NCBI GenBank assembly: GCA_947462175.1
Contig: CANHOE010000001.1
Span: forward strand, 1-60,193
Direction: 5' to 3'
DNA: 60,193 bases
From: Burkholderiales bacterium
Lineage (GTDB): Bacteria; Pseudomonadota; Gammaproteobacteria; Burkholderiales; Burkholderiaceae_C
Both the position numbers and the translations under genes were made by a program. This document shows, one piece after another, positions 1 through 11,263 of the stretch. The first letter of the stretch is position 1; every line of letters begins with the position of its first letter. The notes under the pieces were generated by a model, which was given only the letters and a program-made list of their open reading frames with translations, was not told the DNA's origin and made no database searches.

Positions 1-3000
1 ACGACGGGTGGGCTCACCTCGGCTCTGGCCGAAGGGGGCTACGACGACCAGGGCAATACATTGGCGATGCGGCCTGATGGCACGCTTCCCGCGGGCATCG
101 GCATCGGCATCGGCACTTCCGGTCCGGCCGATGCGGCGCCGCCGACGATCACGGCCAAGGCCGGCGGCTCGATCATCATCTTTGCGCCGCGGGTCGACAA
201 CCGTGCGGGTCTCATTTCGTCGCCCGATGGCCAGGTGATCCTCGCGGCTGGCGGCAAGGCGTACCTGGCGCTGGCCGAGGCGGCTGATCCGACGCTGCGC
301 GGCTTCCGGGTCGAGGTCGAGGCGAGCCACGGCGTCGATGTCAATTTGAGCGACCTGGTGCGCAATTCCGGCATCGTCACCGCCGACCGCGGCAATGTGA
401 CGCTGGCGGCACTGGCGATCAATCAGAACGGACGGGTGTCGGCCAACACCGCGATTCAGGCCAATGGCTCGGTGTACCTGAAGGCACGTACTCTGGGCGG
501 CGCGCAGGCCGGTACGGCCAGCTTTGGCACTGGCAGCGTGACACAGGTGCGGCCCGACACGAAAGACAAGTCGACGCTACCTGAAAGTCAGAACTACGCC
601 TCCGTGCTGGACGACCGCCGCGGCGAGATCCGCGTTGATGCGAAGACGATCGCCAGCAACGGCACCTTGCAGGCCCCTGGTGGCCGTATCACCTTGACGG
701 CGCGTGAGGCGGTTGATGCGGCTGACCCTACCGCTGCTCGCGTTTACCTCGACGGAGACAGCGTCACCAGCGTGGCTGGCAACTGGGTCGACGTGCCTTT
801 CGCCGACAACCTGCTCACCTTCAAGGTCACCTCCAACGAACTGCGAGACGCGCCCAACCAGAAGCGTGGCTTTCTCCAGGGCCAGACCGTCACCGTCGAT
901 CTGCGCAAGGGGAGCCCGCTGCTGAACCTCGAAGGCTACCGCGCTGCACAGGCGCGCACGGTTGCGCAGAAGACTGCGGTCGGCGGTGAGCTTGATGTCA
1001 GCTCGGCCGGTTCGCTGATCCAGCGCAGTGGTGCGGTGATCGATGCCTCGGGTGGCGGTTACCGTTACGGCGCTGGCACCGCGTCCACCAGCGTGCTGCT
1101 GGGTGCCGATGGTCGCACCTACAGCATCACCACTGCATCCGAGCCGCGCAGCTACACCGGCTTGCTGGACAGCTACACCAAGACCTATTCGCGTTGGGGC
1201 CAGACACAGGTGTTCAGCGGCCTCGCCTTCGGGATCGGGCAGGCTGAAGCGGGGTATGTCGAAGGCAAGGCTGGCGGAACGATTCGTCTGCAGTCGGCCG
1301 CCGGGTTGGTGCTCGACGGCCAACTCGCCGGTGGGGCGACCGTTGGACCGAACCAGCTGGCGCGCGCGCCCCGGGCAGCCAGCCTGAGTATCGGCGCCTT
1401 CGACAGCACCGACAACGACTTCGATCCGGCGCAGCGCATTGGCAACGTCACTTTCACGCAGACCGTGACGCCAGTATTGGCCTCGGGCTTCGACGTGGCC
1501 TCGGCCTTGACGACCACTCAGATCAACAACATCTCTCTGGCGGCCGGGCAACTGTTCGGCAGGTCTTCCGCAGGGGCTCGAAACGTCTACGCGCAGACCG
1601 CTTTCGACTCGGTAGAGATCAATGCCAACGGCCGGATCAGCGTGCCCGAGGGCGTGCACATCGATGGTGCGCCGGGCTCGTCGCTGCTGCTGCGTTCCCC
1701 TCAGATCGACGTGGCAGGCGCCATCAGCATGCCTGCGGGCAACATCACTTTGCAGCCGATCGCCACCCTCGAACCTCTGGCCCCCGCACTGGGCATCGGC
1801 AACAACAGCGTCACCGTGCGCAGCACCGCCTTGTTGTCGACCACTGGCGTGTGGATCAATAACGCCAGCGTTGACGGCTCGTTCGTTGGCGAGCCATTGC
1901 CCACCGCGAGCCTTAACGTTGCCGCTGACGGAACCACCAGCACCACCTCCACCTTGAATGGTGGCAGGCTGACGATCGCGAATAACGCCGACCGGACCTC
2001 GGCCACCGTGCTCGAACGCGGCGCGGTGCTGGATGTCGGTGGGGGTGCGGCGCTGGGCCGTGCAGGGCGATTGATCGCCGGCGATGGCGGCACCTTGACC
2101 ATTGCCAACGCCTATCTCGGTGCCCTGAGCTCCGACTGGTTGCAGGCCGATCTGTGGGGTCTGTCGCCAGGCAATGGCGGCAGGCTGGTGCTGAGCACAG
2201 CCCGCGCGGTGCTCGACCCTGCCGATGCCAACGGCACACTTCCGTCGAACACCACCCGTCTCCTGCCGTCGCTGTTCGCCGATCGCGGCTTTGCCAGCAT
2301 CACCGTGAACACGGTGCAGGGCATCGCCATCGACACCGGCGCCAACATCACGCTGCAGCAGAAGAACCGGGTCGTCGACCCGTTCGCCGCCGCTGCCTTG
2401 GCGACAGGCGGCGATCTGCGTGAGGTCTCCAGCGTGCAAGTGCTGCCGGACGCTGTACGCAAGCCGGTCAACCTGACGCTGGCCGCCAGTGGGTTCCGTG
2501 ACATTCAGACCCAGGCCACGCTGACGATGGCGGCGGGATCTACGTTGAGCGCCGATCCGAAGGCGACCGTGTCGCTGTCAGCGGTCGATGGCTTGAGCGT
2601 GAACGGACGCATCAGCGCCCCCGGTGGCAATGTGAACCTGACCTTGAACGCGCCCGACATCGGAGCCTCCGGCAACCTGTCACTGGGCGCCGACGCGGTG
2701 ATCTCAGTGGCTGGCACCTTCGTCCGCAGCCCGACCGACAACGGTCTGGTGCAGGGCAGCGTGATTGGCGGTGGCACGGTCACGATCGCTGCCGCCCAAA
2801 CCGGTGTGGCGCTGGCCACCGGTTCGCAGATCGATGTCAGTGGCATCACGCAGACGGTGCAGTCGCTCGCAACCAGTGGCGATGGCGTACTGGCGAAAGC
2901 GGTCGACGGCAACGCCGGCACGCTGATCGTGCGCAGCCAGGGTGAGATGAAACTTGATGCGACGCTTCGCGCCTCACGTGGCTCAGAGCGTGGTGCTGGC

Positions 3001-6000
3001 GGCTCTTTTGCGCTGGAGCAGAAGGCACGTGACAGCGAGCTGACGCCGCCCACTGAACGACGCATCGTCGTCTCACAGCAGGCGACAGCCATGCCCGCTC
3101 CGGTCGACCCGTCGTTCGTCGATGCGCGGGTTTCGGTCGACGCGCTGCAACAGGCCGGCTTCGACAAGCTGCGCCTGCAGTCCGAGGACCGCATCGAGTT
3201 GATTGGCAACGTCGACCTGAATTTCGCGCGAGGGGTGCGTCTTGATGCACCCCTGATCAATGTGACAGGTGATGGCCAGATCAGCGTGCGAGGCGCGTCG
3301 GTGGCAATCGGCCAGTCGCTCGATCCACGCAGCCTTGCCGGAAGCGGGCCCTACACCCGCATTTCCCAGGGGTTGTCGCCGGTGCTGGCGACACGTGCGG
3401 GTGCGGGGCAGCTTTCGGTGCGGGCCGGCACGATCGATTTGTTCGGCTCTTTCGCCATCAACGGCGTGTCGCAGTCGCGCTTCTTCAGCGATGGCGACAT
3501 CCGGTTCACGGGCCGCAATGTCAGGCCGAACACAGCTTCGGGCGATCGCTCCATTGGCGCGCAGATCGGCTCGCTGACCACCCGTGGCAACCTGTTTTTG
3601 AGTGCCACGCAGATCTACCCCAGCACCCGCAACGACTACACCTTGTCGGTGGTGGATCAGCCCGGGGCCACCCCGGTGGCTGCCGGCAGCATCACCATCG
3701 CCAGCAATGGAAAGCCGGCTGGCGATGTCTACTCTGCGGGAGGCCGGCTCGCGCTGGTGGCAGACACCATCGTGCAGGGCGGCACAGTCAAGGCGCCGCT
3801 CGGCGAGATCGACCTGCGGGCTGGTTCCCGTCTGGAGCTGAGCCCGGGCAGCGTGACCTCGGTCTCGGCAAAGGGCTTGACGCTGCCTTTCGGCACCACC
3901 TTGGCCGGCATCTCGTGGCGCTACCTGGACAGCACCGCTGGCGGCACGCCAAACCCTCTGACGACGGCCAGTGCCGACGCCAAGCGCGTCGAGTTGGCTG
4001 GCGCATCGATCGACGTGCGCAGTGGTGCCACGGTCGATGTCTCTGGCGGCGGCGAGGTGCAGGCCAGCGAGTTCGTGCCGGGCATCGGCGGCACCAACGA
4101 CACGCTGATCCAGCCCAATACCTACGCGATCATTCCAAAATCGATGCTGAGCAGTCTGCCGGTCGACACCGACATCGCAGCGCGGCAAGATATCGGCTTC
4201 GGTTTCCAGAGTGCGGCTCGTGACACCAGCGTCTACGACCGGCTCTACATCGGCCGCGGCGCGGCGGTGCCTGAAGGCGAGTATGTGCTGCTGCCTGGGC
4301 GCTATGCCTTGCTGCCCGACGCCTACCTGGTGCAACTGCAGACCGGCAGCGCCTATGCGAATCTGCAGCCAGGCCAGACCACGCAACTGGCCAACGGACA
4401 GACGGTAGTGGCCGGCTATCGCACCGTTGGCGGCACCTCGATCCGTGAATCGGCGACGGTCGGCGTCCTGGTGCGCCCGGGAAGTGCGGCCACACGCGAG
4501 TCCGACTACCGGCTGACCACGTCGAGTTACTTCACCGATCTGGCGGCCAGTAGCCGCGCCGCGGCGCCGCGCATCCCGATTGACGCGGGCCGCTTGGTTT
4601 TCCGGAACGCTCAGTCGCTCGACCTCTCCGGCAGCTTCCTCACCGCGCCGGGCAGCAGAACGTCGTCTACCGGCGTTGCGGGCCGTGTGGCCGAGGTCGA
4701 CATCAGCGCCGACCGCATTGCGGTAGTCGACCATATCGGCGACATCCCAGGCATCGACGCCAGCTTCCTGCAGCTCGAAGGCCATGCACTGTCGGCGCTG
4801 GGCGGCAGCCTGCTGCTGGGCGGCCAGCGCAGTCTGGTCGGTGATGCGCTGCAGATCAGCACCGGCGCGAGCCAGATCGTCGTCGCCAACAGCGCCGCCG
4901 GCGAGGTGAAGGTGCCCGAGCTGTTGCTGGCCGCTTCCGACAGCGTCGAGGTGCGCAGCGGCGGCGTGCTCACGGCCAGCAGCAATGTGCCCGCCAGCGG
5001 AGCGACGACGCTTACCACAGAGGCTGGCGGCGCATTGTTGCGCTTGTCCAGTGGGGCCCAGGCCACGGTCGACCGCGGCGCGTTGGTCGACAACACGCGT
5101 GGCGAGATCCGCATCGCGGATGGCGCTACCCTGACCGCAGGCCGTTCGCTGCTGCTCGACGCCACGCTGACCACCCGCTCGCAGGGCCGTTTCGCGGTGG
5201 GGCAGGGCGGTGATGTCTCGCTGGCCTCATCGCAGGTCAGCCTGGGAGAGACGGCAGGGGTCAGCAGCATCGACACCGGCCTGGTGCTGTCGAATGCGGA
5301 TCTGGCCGGGTTCGCTGGCCTGGATGCGCTGCGCATCAAGGGCTATCTTGGCATCGACCTCATCGGCAACGCGATGGTCGGTGCGGCGTCGCTGGGCAAG
5401 CTGACGCTGGATGCCGGCGCGCTGCGAGGCCAGGCGGTCAGCCCATCCGCACAGAGCACTGTGGCGGCCCGCGAAGTGCGCCTGCTTAACAGCGGCACAC
5501 AGGCTGTGGCCTACGCAGGCGCGTCGGCGGGTGCGCTGTCCATCGATGCTGAACGCATCGTCATTGGTGCGGGGAACCAGAAGATCGGGGGCTTCGATGC
5601 CGTGGCGATGAACGCCAGCCGCGAAATCGTCGCCCAGGGCCGGGGTGCACTGGACGTGGCCGCTGATTGGACCGTGCGCACGCCAAAGGTCGGTGTCTCC
5701 GCCGGAGCGTTGCAGCGATGGGCGGCTGTCGATCGCCGTGACCCGGCAAACCCCGTGTACTCGTCGCTGGCGTTGAACAGCTCAGCCGGTCCGGCGGGCA
5801 CATCGACCGACACCGCCGCGGGCGGGCGGCTTTCGATCGATGCGGCCCGGGTCTCGGTGGCCACCAAGCTGCAGGCGCGCGCGGGGTCCATCACTGTCGT
5901 GGCGCATGGCGCAGGACCCGACGACGGTGTCACGCTGTCGAATGGCGCCAAACTGGATGCCTCGGGTGTCGCGAAGGGCTTCCGCGGCCGCGCGGTGACG

Positions 6001-9000
6001 GCCGATGCTGGCAGCGTCAGCCTCTCAACGGTGGCGGGCGCGGTGACGGGCGCTACTGGCTCGACCGTCGATGTGTCGGCCAGCGCGCAGGGCGGCAACG
6101 CGGGCGCCTTCCAGGTGTCCGCTGCGCGACTGAATCTGGGTGGCCAGTTGCTCGCCAGCGCCGCTACCGGTGCCGATGGCGGCCGCGCGACGTTCGACCT
6201 GGGCTCCCTGAGCAACTTCTCGGCGCTGAACAGCGCGCTCGGCGCGGGCGGCTTCACTGAATCGATCGACCTGCGCTTGCTCAGCGGCGACCTGCAGGTC
6301 GCGAGCACCGATGTCGTGAAGGCGCGGGTGCTGCAGCTGGCGGCTGACAGCGGCCGCATCGACGTGGCCGGCACACTGGACGCCAGCAGTCTGCGCGGAT
6401 CGGGCAACGTGTCGGTGTGGGCCGCCAACGGCCTGGCACTGGCGGCGGGCAGCCGCGTGATCGCGACGGGCAAATCGACCGATGCCCGCAGCACTGCTGC
6501 GGCGTCCAATGGTGGGCACGTTCGGATGAGCACTGCCGCGGGCAGTCTCGACTTCGATGCGGCCTCCGTCATCGATGTGAGTCCGGGCGCGAAGGGCCGG
6601 ACCGGCGGCGTGACTTTTGGCGTCACGCGTGACGCGACCGGTCGCATCGGGGCGACGCAGCTTGCAGGGACGGTGCTGGGTCGCAGTGGTGGTCGTGGGG
6701 AGTCTGCCGCGGTCGTGCTCGAAGCGCAGCGCAGCTACAGCTCAGACGGCAATGTCGGCGCAGGCGACATCGCTGGATATGCGGCCGATCACTCCGCCTT
6801 CATCACAGCAGTCATTGCCAACGGCGACGCGGTCAACCGCTTCGCGGGCTTGAAAGCGGATGGCGGCGCACCCGCCCGAGCGAGTCTGCATGGCGCGACT
6901 GAGGTGCGCACCACCGGTGACATGAACCTGGCTGCAGGCTGGGACCTGACCAGCGGCGCGTGGCTGACAGATGGCCGTGTCGGCACGCTGACCCTGCGAG
7001 CCGGAGGCAACCTGACGTTGAAAAATTACATCGGTTCGCCCAACGACAACCTGATCGACGGCGACACGTGGAATCTGCGGCTCGCCGGAGGAGCCGACCT
7101 CGTGGCCGCGAACCCGCTGGCGACATTGGCGTCAGATGTCGGCGGCCTGGGCAGCGTGCTGCTGGCCGGCGATAACGCCAAACTGCGTACTGGAACCGGA
7201 TCCATCGAGGTCGCAGCGGCGACCGACTTCGTGATGGACTCCCCCGGCAGCGTGGTCTACACCGCTGGGCGCATCGGCGCCGCAGACACGGCCGTCAACG
7301 GCAACAACCGCTGGAGCCGGGACGGTGGCAGCATCTCGATCCGTGCCGGGCGCGATGCCACCGGGGCATCGAACGAATGGATCACCGAGTGGCTGCGCCG
7401 ACCACGCAGCTTCACCAGTGTGCCCGCCGAGTGGTGGGCTTATCGGCCGAATTTTCAGCAAGGTATCGGCACGCTGGGCGGTGGTGACATCCGCATTGAG
7501 GCTGGCCATGACGTGAACACGCTGTCGGCCATGCTGCCAACGACCGGCCGCAACAATGTCGATGGCAACGGCTTGCGCTCACTCGATGTGCAGGGCGGCG
7601 GCGATCTGAGCGTTCGCGCTGGTAACGATGTGATCGGTGGCAGCTACCTGATCGGTCGCGGCGATGGTCGCATCACTGCGGGCGGCAACGTCGGCGCCGC
7701 GGCACCCACGCAGTTGTTTCTCATGGGCGCCAGCAGTGGCGATGTGGCGACGCGTGCCGAAGTTTCGGTCGCCGCGGGCGGCTCGGTCGCACTGCAGAGC
7801 GTCAACAACCCGACGGCGCTGGTTCAACTGGCAGCGACGCCCGGACGCGGACCCAGCTTCGGTTCGGGAGCGAGCCGTGCGGTGACCTTCTTCACTTACT
7901 CGCCCGACAGCGCGGTCAACCTGTCAGCGCAGTCTGGTGATGTGTCAATCGGCAGTCAGATGGCCAATGGGCGGCGCATGGGCAGCAACGCGACGTTGAC
8001 CGACGGCACCACTGCCGGCGCGTTCCCGGCAACGATCAATGCTGCGGCACTCGAAGGCGATGTGTCGCTGGGGAGTCGCAGGATCGTGACCTTCCCCTCG
8101 CTGTCGGCCCAGGTGGCATTGCTGGCAGGCAGGTCGGTGCTGGACCCAAACCTGACGGTGTCGGACGTGTCGGCGGTGGACGTGATCGATGCCTCACGTG
8201 GGGTGCTGGCGGCGCAGTCCTTTTCGGGTGACGACCTGCTGATTGGCACATCGCCACGCATCGTCGCCCGCGCGCCGACAACCGGCTTCCGGTTCGATCT
8301 GCAAGGCCTGACCGGCGACGTGGCCGGTGTGGGCAATGGCAGCATTCTTTCGCTGCCCGCGGCGAGTCGCGTGCGCGCCGGTCGCGATATCAAGAATCTG
8401 GCGCTGACCTTGCAAAATCTGGGTGCGGCCGACGTGTCGGAGGTGCGCGCTGAAACGGGTGATGTCTTGCCTCTCGGTCTGGAGATTCGCGGGCCGGGAA
8501 GTCTCCTCATTCAGGCCGGTCGAAACATTGACGTTGGCACGGCCGCGATCACCGCCGGTTCGTCAAACCTGGGCGGCATCATCGCCACGGGCAATAACGC
8601 CAACCCCAGTCTGCCCGACAGCGATGCCGCGAGGTTGACGCTGATCGCAGGGGTGAAGGGTGATGTCGACCTGACGAAGTTCAAGGCCGCCTACGACGAT
8701 CTGATCGCCATCAACGGCAGTTCGGATGCGATCTTGGCGTTCTACCGGACGCTCAATGGCGACACCAACCGCGAAGCGGTCGGCACCGCGGCCAGCGTGC
8801 AGGAATTGATTGCGCGTGACCCGCTGTATGCGCCTTATGCCGACCTGTTGACGCGCTACCCTGGGCTGCTGAAGGTGTATCAGGCGGCGGACCTCGCCCG
8901 TTCGCTGCCTCTGGGGGTTTCTGCGCAGGCCAGCCAGGCTGCCGCGCTGTACGCCTTGCTGAACCGCGAAACCGACACCGCAAAAATCGTTGGTGCCAAT

Positions 9001-10038
9001 GGCGTGGCCGATCTGCTGCAGGGCACGCTCGGCGGCAGCGCCTATGCCGGTTTCGCAGCACTCGACCAGGAGTACCCACGGGTCTTTGCCGACTACCGCG
9101 CGCGACGCAGCCGTGGCGCGCGGCCCGAGGGCCTGACGCCGATCGTTTTGTCGGACGCCCTGGGCGAGATCACCGCCAAGGCGGTCGCTACAGATGCGGT
9201 GGGCGCCGGCAACATCTACAGCTTCAGCAGTTCGATCCAGACCTATGGCAACGGCCGGTTGCCTGACAGCAGCTGCAAAGGACAATGTGAAGGGCAAGGG
9301 GACATCAATCTGTGGGTGCCGGGTGGCAACATCATCGCCGGCCTGACAACGCCGACGGCTGGCACCACGATCGGCATCGTGACCAATGGCGGGGGCGCGA
9401 TCCGCAGCGTGGTTGGCGGTGACTTCACGATCAATCAAGGCAAGGTGCTGACGACACAGGGCGGTGACATCTTGCTTTACAGCAGCGGTGGCAGCATCGA
9501 CGCCGGTCGTGGCGCGCGCACCTCGATCAGCACGCCCCCGCCAACCCGCACACCGATCACCGTTGATGGTGTGATCGTCGGCTACGTCTACACCGTGCCG
9601 GCCAGTTCATCGGGAAGTGGCATCCAGACGCTAACCTCCGATCCGGATGGCATTGGTCCGCGCACCGCGGTGCCGGCAGGCGGCATCTACCTGTTCGCGC
9701 CGGCCGGTGCCATTGACGCTGGCGAAGCAGGTATTCGCTCCGGTGGCAGCCTGTTCATCAATGCGCAGACGGTGCTCAATGCCAGCAACTTCTCAGCTGC
9801 AGGCCCGTCAACGGGCGTGCCGGTAGCCACAGCCGGCAGTCTGGCCACTTCGCTCGCCGGTAGTGGCACAGCCAATAACTCGAAAGCAGCCGAGGATGCT
9901 GCGGCCAGCGCGACCAGTGCGGCCCGTGCCGCGGCAGCCGCTGAAGGACTGCAGAAGCCGACCATCCTGACCGTCGAGGTGCTGGGCTTTGGCGACAAGA
10001 ATTGCAAGGAACAGGACAAGGGCTGCCTCGCCAAATGA
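1..10038 (+). CDS. Filamentous hemagglutinin (FhaB/TpsA)-family giant exoprotein, 5'-truncated by the window edge
   Basis: Frame +1 is open from base 1, with no stop before the TTG at 61, so the true start is upstream. The product is >3325 aa, rich in Gly/Ala/Ser/Thr/Asn/Val, with degenerate beta-helix-type repeats (..GNVTL.., ..GGxLxL.., ..AGRDI..). The first ~150 aa resemble the distal part of a TPS/haemagglutination-activity domain (LISSPDGQVILAAGGKAYL). The C-terminus has an Ala-rich stretch and a Cys-containing tail (GFGDKNCKEQDKGCLAK). The stop is TGA at 10036-10038. Confidence 0.85.
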   Translation, partial: TTGGLTSALAEGGYDDQGNTLAMRPDGTLPAGIGIGIGTSGPADAAPPTITAKAGGSIIIFAPRVDNRAGLISSPDGQVILAAGGKAYLALAEAADPTLRGFRVEVEASHGVDVNLSDLVRNSGIVTADRGNVTLAALAINQNGRVSANTAIQANGSVYLKARTLGGAQAGTASFGTGSVTQVRPDTKDKSTLPESQNYASVLDDRRGEIRVDAKTIASNGTLQAPGGRITLTAREAVDAADPTAARVYLDGDSVTSVAGNWVDVPFADNLLTFKVTSNELRDAPNQKRGFLQGQTVTVDLRKGSPLLNLEGYRAAQARTVAQKTAVGGELDVSSAGSLIQRSGAVIDASGGGYRYGAGTASTSVLLGADGRTYSITTASEPRSYTGLLDSYTKTYSRWGQTQVFSGLAFGIGQAEAGYVEGKAGGTIRLQSAAGLVLDGQLAGGATVGPNQLARAPRAASLSIGAFDSTDNDFDPAQRIGNVTFTQTVTPVLASGFDVASALTTTQINNISLAAGQLFGRSSAGARNVYAQTAFDSVEINANGRISVPEGVHIDGAPGSSLLLRSPQIDVAGAISMPAGNITLQPIATLEPLAPALGIGNNSVTVRSTALLSTTGVWINNASVDGSFVGEPLPTASLNVAADGTTSTTSTLNGGRLTIANNADRTSATVLERGAVLDVGGGAALGRAGRLIAGDGGTLTIANAYLGALSSDWLQADLWGLSPGNGGRLVLSTARAVLDPADANGTLPSNTTRLLPSLFADRGFASITVNTVQGIAIDTGANITLQQKNRVVDPFAAAALATGGDLREVSSVQVLPDAVRKPVNLTLAASGFRDIQTQATLTMAAGSTLSADPKATVSLSAVDGLSVNGRISAPGGNVNLTLNAPDIGASGNLSLGADAVISVAGTFVRSPTDNGLVQGSVIGGGTVTIAAAQTGVALATGSQIDVSGITQTVQSLATSGDGVLAKAVDGNAGTLIVRSQGEMKLDATLRASRGSERGAGGSFALEQKARDSELTPPTERRIVVSQQATAMPAPVDPSFVDARVSVDALQQAGFDKLRLQSEDRIELIGNVDLNFARGVRLDAPLINVTGDGQISVRGASVAIGQSLDPRSLAGSGPYTRISQGLSPVLATRAGAGQLSVRAGTIDLFGSFAINGVSQSRFFSDGDIRFTGRNVRPNTASGDRSIGAQIGSLTTRGNLFLSATQIYPSTRNDYTLSVVDQPGATPVAAGSITIASNGKPAGDVYSAGGRLALVADTIVQGGTVKAPLGEIDLRAGSRLELSPGSVTSVSAKGLTLPFGTTLAGISWRYLDSTAGGTPNPLTTASADAKRVELAGASIDVRSGATVDVSGGGEVQASEFVPGIGGTNDTLIQPNTYAIIPKSMLSSLPVDTDIAARQDIGFGFQSAARDTSVYDRLYIGRGAAVPEGEYVLLPGRYALLPDAYLVQLQTGSAYANLQPGQTTQLANGQTVVAGYRTVGGTSIRESATVGVLVRPGSAATRESDYRLTTSSYFTDLAASSRAAAPRIPIDAGRLVFRNAQSLDLSGSFLTAPGSRTSSTGVAGRVAEVDISADRIAVVDHIGDIPGIDASFLQLEGHALSALGGSLLLGGQRSLVGDALQISTGASQIVVANSAAGEVKVPELLLAASDSVEVRSGGVLTASSNVPASGATTLTTEAGGALLRLSSGAQATVDRGALVDNTRGEIRIADGATLTAGRSLLLDATLTTRSQGRFAVGQGGDVSLASSQVSLGETAGVSSIDTGLVLSNADLAGFAGLDALRIKGYLGIDLIGNAMVGAASLGKLTLDAGALRGQAVSPSAQSTVAAREVRLLNSGTQAVAYAGASAGALSIDAERIVIGAGNQKIGGFDAVAMNASREIVAQGRGALDVAADWTVRTPKVGVSAGALQRWAAVDRRDPANPVYSSLALNSSAGPAGTSTDTAAGGRLSIDAARVSVATKLQARAGSITVVAHGAGPDDGVTLSNGAKLDASGVAKGFRGRAVTADAGSVSLSTVAGAVTGATGSTVDVSASAQGGNAGAFQVSAARLNLGGQLLASAATGADGGRATFDLGSLSNFSALNSALGAGGFTESIDLRLLSGDLQVASTDVVKARVLQLAADSGRIDVAGTLDASSLRGSGNVSVWAANGLALAAGSRVIATGKSTDARSTAAASNGGHVRMSTAAGSLDFDAASVIDVSPGAKGRTGGVTFGVTRDATGRIGATQLAGTVLGRSGGRGESAAVVLEAQRSYSSDGNVGAGDIAGYAADHSAFITAVIANGDAVNRFAGLKADGGAPARASLHGATEVRTTGDMNLAAGWDLTSGAWLTDGRVGTLTLRAGGNLTLKNYIGSPNDNLIDGDTWNLRLAGGADLVAANPLATLASDVGGLGSVLLAGDNAKLRTGTGSIEVAAATDFVMDSPGSVVYTAGRIGAADTAVNGNNRWSRDGGSISIRAGRDATGASNEWITEWLRRPRSFTSVPAEWWAYRPNFQQGIGTLGGGDIRIEAGHDVNTLSAMLPTTGRNNVDGNGLRSLDVQGGGDLSVRAGNDVIGGSYLIGRGDGRITAGGNVGAAAPTQLFLMGASSGDVATRAEVSVAAGGSVALQSVNNPTALVQLAATPGRGPSFGSGASRAVTFFTYSPDSAVNLSAQSGDVSIGSQMANGRRMGSNATLTDGTTAGAFPATINAAALEGDVSLGSRRIVTFPSLSAQVALLAGRSVLDPNLTVSDVSAVDVIDASRGVLAAQSFSGDDLLIGTSPRIVARAPTTGFRFDLQGLTGDVAGVGNGSILSLPAASRVRAGRDIKNLALTLQNLGAADVSEVRAETGDVLPLGLEIRGPGSLLIQAGRNIDVGTAAITAGSSNLGGIIATGNNANPSLPDSDAARLTLIAGVKGDVDLTKFKAAYDDLIAINGSSDAILAFYRTLNGDTNREAVGTAASVQELIARDPLYAPYADLLTRYPGLLKVYQAADLARSLPLGVSAQASQAAALYALLNRETDTAKIVGANGVADLLQGTLGGSAYAGFAALDQEYPRVFADYRARRSRGARPEGLTPIVLSDALGEITAKAVATDAVGAGNIYSFSSSIQTYGNGRLPDSSCKGQCEGQGDINLWVPGGNIIAGLTTPTAGTTIGIVTNGGGAIRSVVGGDFTINQGKVLTTQGGDILLYSSGGSIDAGRGARTSISTPPPTRTPITVDGVIVGYVYTVPASSSGSGIQTLTSDPDGIGPRTAVPAGGIYLFAPAGAIDAGEAGIRSGGSLFINAQTVLNASNFSAAGPSTGVPVATAGSLATSLAGSGTANNSKAAEDAAASATSAARAAAAAEGLQKPTILTVEVLGFGDKNCKEQDKGCLAK

Positions 10039-10054
10039 GCTCGCGAATTTGCCG

Positions 10055-11263
10055 ATGCGTCTGTTGAACGTCATCCGTTCCGTCGATCCTGTGCATGGCG
10101 GCCCGGCGGAAGGGCTGCGGCAGTCGATCACCGCGACCCGCGCCATGGGCCACATCGAATCTGTGCTGACGTTGGATGCACCTGGCGATGCCTGTGTGAC
10201 CGCCTTTCCAGCAACGGTGCACGCACTCGGGCCGGCGGGCTCGAACTATGGGCGCGGAGATCGGCTGCTGCCCTGGTTGCGCGACCATGCTGGCGATTAC
10301 GACGCGGTGGTGGTGCATGGCCTTTGGCAGCACCATGGTCTGACGGTCTGGCGTGCGCTGCGCAACGGGCCGGTGCCGTATTTCGTCTATCCGCACGGCA
10401 TGCTCGACCCGTGGTTCAAGCAGCGCTATCCGTTGAAGCACTGGAAGAAGTCGCTCTACTGGTGGGCGGCCGAGTACAGAGTTCTGCGCGATGCTTCGGC
10501 TGTGCTTTTCACTGCAGACGAGGAGAGGCGACAGGCGGCACACACGTTCCGGCCGTATCGGGTGAGGCCCGCGGTTGTCGGGTACGGGGTGGCCGCCATC
10601 GGTGCCGATGCATCGGTCGATGCCCAGCTGTTCTTCGATCACTGGCCTGCGACCCGCGGCAAGCGCCTTGTGCTCTTCCTGGGCCGCCTTCACCCGAAGA
10701 AAGGTGGCGATCTGCTGATCGAGGCGTTCGCTCAGGTGGCTGCCCGCGATCCTTCGCTGCATCTGGTGATGGCAGGGCCCGACGACCGCTCGGGCGTGCG
10801 CTGCGAATGGGAGGCGCTGGCTTCGCGCTGCGGTATGTCAGATCGGGTCACGTTCACCGGCATGCTGACCGGCGACATCAAATGGGCTGCTCTGCGCGCT
10901 GCCAATGTGTTTGCGCTCCCATCGCATCAAGAGAATTTCGGCATTGCGGTGGTCGAGGCGCTCGCCTCAGGCTTGCCAGTGCTGATTTCCGACAAAGTCA
11001 ACATCTGGCGCGAGATCGTTGCCGATGATGCAGGGTTCGCAGGGAGCGACACAGTGGCTGGTACAGCGGAGACGCTTGACCGCTGGTTGAACCTCGAACC
11101 CTTGAGACTCACCGCCATGCGGCAGCACGCCCGCGATTGCTACCAGCGGCACTTCCACATGACGGCTACAGCGCAGCGATTGATCGACACGATCACGCCA
11201 CACCTGCGTCAGACCGCTGTCACACAGCACGCACCGGACACAAGACTCGATTCACAGCGCTGA
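10055..11263 (+). CDS. Glycosyltransferase, GT4 (GT-B, retaining) family
   Basis: ATG at 10055 is in frame with ORF 9989..11263 and lies 16 nt after the fhaB-like stop. It starts MRLLNVIRSVDPVHGGPAEG and carries the GT4 E-x7-E signature (SHQENFGIAVVEALASGLPVL). Confidence 0.8.
   Translation: MRLLNVIRSVDPVHGGPAEGLRQSITATRAMGHIESVLTLDAPGDACVTAFPATVHALGPAGSNYGRGDRLLPWLRDHAGDYDAVVVHGLWQHHGLTVWRALRNGPVPYFVYPHGMLDPWFKQRYPLKHWKKSLYWWAAEYRVLRDASAVLFTADEERRQAAHTFRPYRVRPAVVGYGVAAIGADASVDAQLFFDHWPATRGKRLVLFLGRLHPKKGGDLLIEAFAQVAARDPSLHLVMAGPDDRSGVRCEWEALASRCGMSDRVTFTGMLTGDIKWAALRAANVFALPSHQENFGIAVVEALASGLPVLISDKVNIWREIVADDAGFAGSDTVAGTAETLDRWLNLEPLRLTAMRQHARDCYQRHFHMTATAQRLIDTITPHLRQTAVTQHAPDTRLDSQR

Noticed and set aside
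577-6647. Very long antisense or alternate-frame ORFs inside the fhaB-like gene, for example 577..2439 (-, 620 aa), 3073..4785 (-, 570 aa) and 5511..6647 (-, 378 aa).
   Set aside because: These are typical high-GC shadow ORFs. They are Arg/Ala/Gly/Pro-dominated low-complexity translations with no recognisable domains. They are fully nested in a gene whose own frame shows coherent repeat architecture.
9700-10038. Possible CdiA-type polymorphic toxin tip and immunity gene at the end of the giant exoprotein.
   Set aside because: I saw no VENN or other pre-toxin demarcation motif. The C-terminus is Ala-rich and low-complexity with a short Cys tail. The next gene is a GT4 transferase, not a small immunity-like ORF.
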